The notes under the pieces were generated by a model. The model saw only the letters and a list, made by a program, of their open reading frames with translations, searched no databases and was not told where the DNA came from. DNA of 64,000 nt, taken from NCBI GenBank assembly GCA_034226945.1, contig CP120462.1, positions 124,001 through 188,000 on the forward strand, in the 5' to 3' direction. This DNA is from Picochlorum sp. SENEW3. Its lineage: Eukaryota. Position numbers and translations under genes: made by a program. Shown here piece after piece: positions 60,359-64,000 of this stretch (positions are counted from its first letter, which is position 1; each line of letters begins with the position of its first letter).

Positions 60359-61180
60359 ATGCAATCAATCTCCTATAGACTCAGGATAGGCAGTGCTGCT
60401 CATAGAAGCACTGTGCCACCAGCACCTGCCCTGCAGCACAACCTTGTGGTTGTGCCAGGCTGTGCTCATCATGGATGCGGGGGACATTTGAAGACCAATG
60501 CGGGACTCGCTCATGCCGGTAGGAGAGAATCCATCTCCGCATCGGTGGAGCCGGAGGGAGGGCAACATTCAATGGATGTGTCCATGAAGCTCACAAAGAG
60601 GGGTTTACTGGTGTCTTCCTTGATCAGTTTTCTTACATCACGTGGTTCTGAATGCCGTGCTGCGGAGAATCCTGCTGTTACTCGAGGTCTGAGTAAGTAT
60701 GTGAAGAAGAAGAAACTGGACAAGATTGATTCATATTTGCCACCATTGTTCTTAGCACGAGACCAGTTGATTCGGGTGGGCCGAGTCATGTTGCAGAGTC
60801 CTTCGGACGCTCGTCAACAATTACGGTCTGGCGCATTTTCTGGATTACGAGAGAATGTGAGATCTGTTGGAGATTACGTATCTAGAGAAAAGAACGACGA
60901 GGCAGTGGGAAATGCCTTGGTGTCTAATGTGTTTAAAGAACTGGAAGCAGTAGATTTTGGCCTTCTGAGTGCATCCAGAATGTCAGAGCCAGTGGTAGAT
61001 GATGAGACCAAAAAGCATGTAGATGGGACAATCAAAGCAATTGATGCGCTGGTGGATCAGTTGCCAGGGGACATTGTCAGCAAAGCAAAGGAGATTGCTT
61101 CTGCTGTGAATGCCTTTGACACAGAAGCTGGGCAAGAGGAGTTGGATAATGATGTGAAAACATTACAGCGATTATTGTGA
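60359..61180 (+). CDS. Conserved green-lineage chloroplast/thylakoid protein of unknown function
   Basis: Transit peptide with TKRGLL..CRA. KYVKKKKLD..SYLPP..ARDQL..ARQQLRSG..GLRENVRSV resembles a conserved plant plastid protein I recall. Confidence 0.75.
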   Translation: MQSISYRLRIGSAAHRSTVPPAPALQHNLVVVPGCAHHGCGGHLKTNAGLAHAGRRESISASVEPEGGQHSMDVSMKLTKRGLLVSSLISFLTSRGSECRAAENPAVTRGLSKYVKKKKLDKIDSYLPPLFLARDQLIRVGRVMLQSPSDARQQLRSGAFSGLRENVRSVGDYVSREKNDEAVGNALVSNVFKELEAVDFGLLSASRMSEPVVDDETKKHVDGTIKAIDALVDQLPGDIVSKAKEIASAVNAFDTEAGQEELDNDVKTLQRLL

Positions 61181-61233
61181 CAATGATATTACATGCTGTA
61201 ACAAGAGTCGAAATCACGAGAGTGTGTCATTGT

Positions 61234-62789
61234 TTATTGTTGCATAGGCCTTGTGTTGACACTAGAAGGATCAGCCATCTGCACTGGAGGATGGTGGTGA
61301 TGATATGGAGGGATTTTCCCATGTGGAGAACTCATCAAAGAATTTGGATAGTAACCAACGACTTGTGTCGGTGATGGCACTGATACCATGTGTATTGGAT
61401 GCATCACCATGCAACTGTAATCAGCAAATGCAGTTGGATTTCCATGTCTCGCACACAGTGGGCTCATCATATATCCAGCTTGATCATGTACAGAGGTGTG
61501 TGGACCGTTTCCGTGTGTATTCTCTTCAGGATGACGACGCGCTTCTCCTCCTTGTCTAAACTCATCCAAGACTTTCCAGGCCCTCTCCTGAGACCTCCTC
61601 AGCGTTCTCCTCTGCCTCGCATTCAATTTGAACAGGCCCTGTGTGAACTTTTCAGTTCTCGTGCCGCTCTTCTTTGGACTGCTGAATTGGCTAGCCGGGC
61701 AGGTTGCCAATTCTAATGGTATGTCCAGGGATATAAGCAAGGTGGCCAAATCAATCAACTCTTGTGGGATTTGAGATTCATCATCAATTATACCAACACC
61801 TTCCGCAGAACATATATGCAATGCAAGGCTTCGTGCCTTGTCCATATCGATCGATCTTGCAGCTTTTGATCTTGTAAAACTCTTGTCACTCTTGGATGGT
61901 TCACCCTTGACTCTCACAGCATTGTCACACGAATCAGTTCCACTATTCCTGACATCATACGTTGTAGTCACTGTTTTCAAATTTCTTTCAAATGTAGAAG
62001 TATTAGTTTTGGATGGATAGGGAGATTGCTGCCTGGATGAAAATCGAGAAGGCGTAGATTGTGGCCCACCAGCTGGTGATGCCAACACATCTTTGCGAGC
62101 CTGGTGCATCATCGTTCGGTTTCCACCCTGATACACTGCCTGAATCAAATTATTATCCTCACTGTGCTCGCGCATCGCGAGGTGCTGGCTTGCATCCTGT
62201 CTGTATGACTGAGACTGTGCTGCAGCCCTGCCAGCAGCAACACCTGCCAGAAACGCATTATTCACCTGTGGCGATGTCATATCACTCGAACATACCACAT
62301 GGTGGTGATGATGATGATGCTCTATCAATAAGGCAGTGGCCATATTGTTTGGACTCGGCGTACAGACCCCCTGACTTGGTGTGAAAGGCACCTGGTCCAA
62401 GCCTTCAAGCAACGTGCGGGTCTTCGGCCCAAACTGGGCATGCGATGGCATCTCGTTACCATAAACTCCATTGAAAGATGATTTCTGTATCAATAAAGGG
62501 CACTGTCAGCGACAGGTGTCGGAATAACTGAGGGGTTCGACGACCCACTGGCCAACCAACCCCCAACCGCTCCAGCACAAGCGCCTCGAACGATATGCAG
62601 ATACGATATCCATACAGCACGTACCATTACTGAAGAACGTGGAGTTTTATATTGATTACCAGTCTCATCACCCTCATCATCTCCATCTATCACAAGGGCA
62701 CTCGGGCGAAACGGTTTGGCACTCGCAGAGAGCCGATCGTCCTTTCTGCTCCCCTCCGCATCGCCTGAGATGGTCTGCCCTTCTACCAT
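61234..62789 (-). CDS. Low-complexity protein with N-terminal PAM2 motif (2 exons)
   Basis: Exons 62789-62625 and 62484-61234 (intron gtacgt..gctgac..tacag). RLSASAKPFRP fits the PAM2 consensus. Confidence 0.7.
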
Positions 62790-63066
62790 AGTCAATGCTA
62801 ATCTACACTAATTTAAAGTACATAAATAATAATAGAATCGCTCTGTAACGACGATGAGGCAGATTGGGCGAAAACACTCTGGTGCGATCCACCCATATAT
62901 GGTACTGCGTTTTGAACAGTATGGTACTGCGAAAACGGTATGCACCTAGATATCCATGTGTTACAGACTGTTGTCGGAGTATTCTGATTATTGCTGATAT
63001 GAAGGAGCACTCAGTCAAGACTGTATGGTCCGAGTCGGATGGTCTTGACGTGATTTGGACAAGCAC

Positions 63067-63699
63067 TTATAGCACAAGTAAAAGCATGAGGGCAGCTGAC
63101 ATGGAGAGAGCTGCGCTCTGTACAGTGAACAGTGCACCAGTGCTGGATGGTGGCGCTGGGGATGGTTGTTCTGGAGATGGTGGCGCTGGGGATGGTTGTT
63201 CTGGAGATGGTGGCGCTGGGGATGGTTGTTCTGGAGATGGTGGCGCTGGGGATGGTTGTTCTGGAGATGGTGGCGCTGGGGATGGTTGTTCTGGAGATGG
63301 TGGTGCTGGGGATGGTGGTGCTGGAGATGGTGGTTCTGGAGAGTCCTTCTTCACCTCACCGTTCCAGTTTGTGCACATATTGCACTCGAAATCAACCTTT
63401 TTGGCATTCTTGCCGTACAAGGAGCACCCAGACCCGAACCGGGACCCAGTGCACTGATAGTAGTAGCAGTCATCCTGTTCTTCACAAACCTTGCAGGCGG
63501 TTTCAGGGGAGATGAACTTCTCTCCCACGTCATCCTCGGTGATCTCACCGACTTCGTCACCTTCCCACTGCCAGGAGTTATCCTGGATGGCAGTGCACGA
63601 ACCATACGTTCTTCGATCCTCCTCTTGCGCAAACCCGGTACAGAGAGAGGAGATCCCGAGCAGGGTCAAAAGCAACACGCGTGACCCGAAAGCACCCAT
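63067..63699 (-). CDS. Secreted, probably GPI-anchored cell-surface protein: Cys-rich (PAN/apple-like) domain plus Ser-Pro repeat stalk
   Basis: Signal peptide [24 protein letters not shown], 8-Cys domain, ([10 protein letters not shown])n stalk, and C-terminal SSTGA followed by a hydrophobic tail. Confidence 0.82.
   Translation of the reverse strand: MGAFGSRVLLLTLLGISSLCTGFAQEEDRRTYGSCTAIQDNSWQWEGDEVGEITEDDVGEKFISPETACKVCEEQDDCYYYQCTGSRFGSGCSLYGKNAKKVDFECNMCTNWNGEVKKDSPEPPSPAPPSPAPPSPEQPSPAPPSPEQPSPAPPSPEQPSPAPPSPEQPSPAPPSPEQPSPAPPSSTGALFTVQSAALSMSAALMLLLVL
63151..63340. repeat. 30-bp coding tandem repeat: 5 perfect copies plus degenerate copies
   Basis: Unit tggcgctggggatggttgttctggagatgg repeated exactly over 63151-63300, then diverged 15-bp half units. 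Confidence 0.95.
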
Positions 63700-64000
63700 C
63701 TTTAATAGTCAATAGCCCTTGATTTCGTGATGAAACGAGTATTATCTCGTGTATGTCTGGTCTCAGTGGGATGAACCCAGTCCCTAGATACGCGTATCAA
63801 CCATGGGACGCGCTTGGTCACAGCAGTGCATTGTTCCGGATAGATCATACGATGCTCTTCTCCCATCAAAGAGACTGCTCCAAAGGCACAGAGAAATGAA
63901 TCGGTGGATATGGCCAAGCGATTGCCATCTCCTCCATATATGGACAGATGTACCATGAAATTGCACTACTATAATCTGATCAAATTATATATTGCGTGCA

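Noticed and set aside
63151..63300. Regular 30-bp repeats as a possible CRISPR array
   Set aside because: The units are head-to-tail with no spacers, lie in frame within a eukaryotic CDS, and no cas genes are present.
62864..63684. Plus-strand repeat ORFs ([10 protein letters not shown])n, ([10 protein letters not shown])n and ([10 protein letters not shown])n
   Set aside because: They are alternative frames of the 30-bp repeat. Only the minus-strand ORF has a signal peptide and coherent architecture.
1..64000. tRNA, rRNA, snRNA, riboswitch, transposon or viral genes
   Set aside because: I found no recognisable signatures by eye. Small RNAs could be missed without tRNAscan or Infernal.

Overview
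This is a gene-dense eukaryotic nuclear region with about 37 protein-coding genes, short GT-AG introns (mostly 60-210 nt) and TGTAA poly(A) signals. Plastid-targeted photosynthetic genes (PSA2-like, lumenal FKBP, plastid PPase) and the very compact layout point to a chlorophyte green alga. A Picochlorum-like trebouxiophyte is my inference only. I re-spliced many genes by hand from the ORF track. I saw no rRNA, tRNA, CRISPR array or transposon. The main leads are: (1) a three-exon coiled-coil gene at 3130-4700 whose reconstructed N-terminus resembles the head/coil-1 of the plant nuclear-lamina proteins NMCP/CRWN, followed by an H1-like tail; (2) co-oriented genes only 14 and 41 nt apart, a candidate polycistronic unit; (3) convergent gene pairs with crossed TGTAA signals, implying overlapping 3' ends; (4) a cluster of near-abutting palindromes upstream of RPL35A; (5) a class-IV aminotransferase that has lost several PLP-binding residues; (6) divergent cilia/centriole-associated genes (CFAP20, MPHOSPH9-like). 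All family assignments come from remembered motifs, not database searches.
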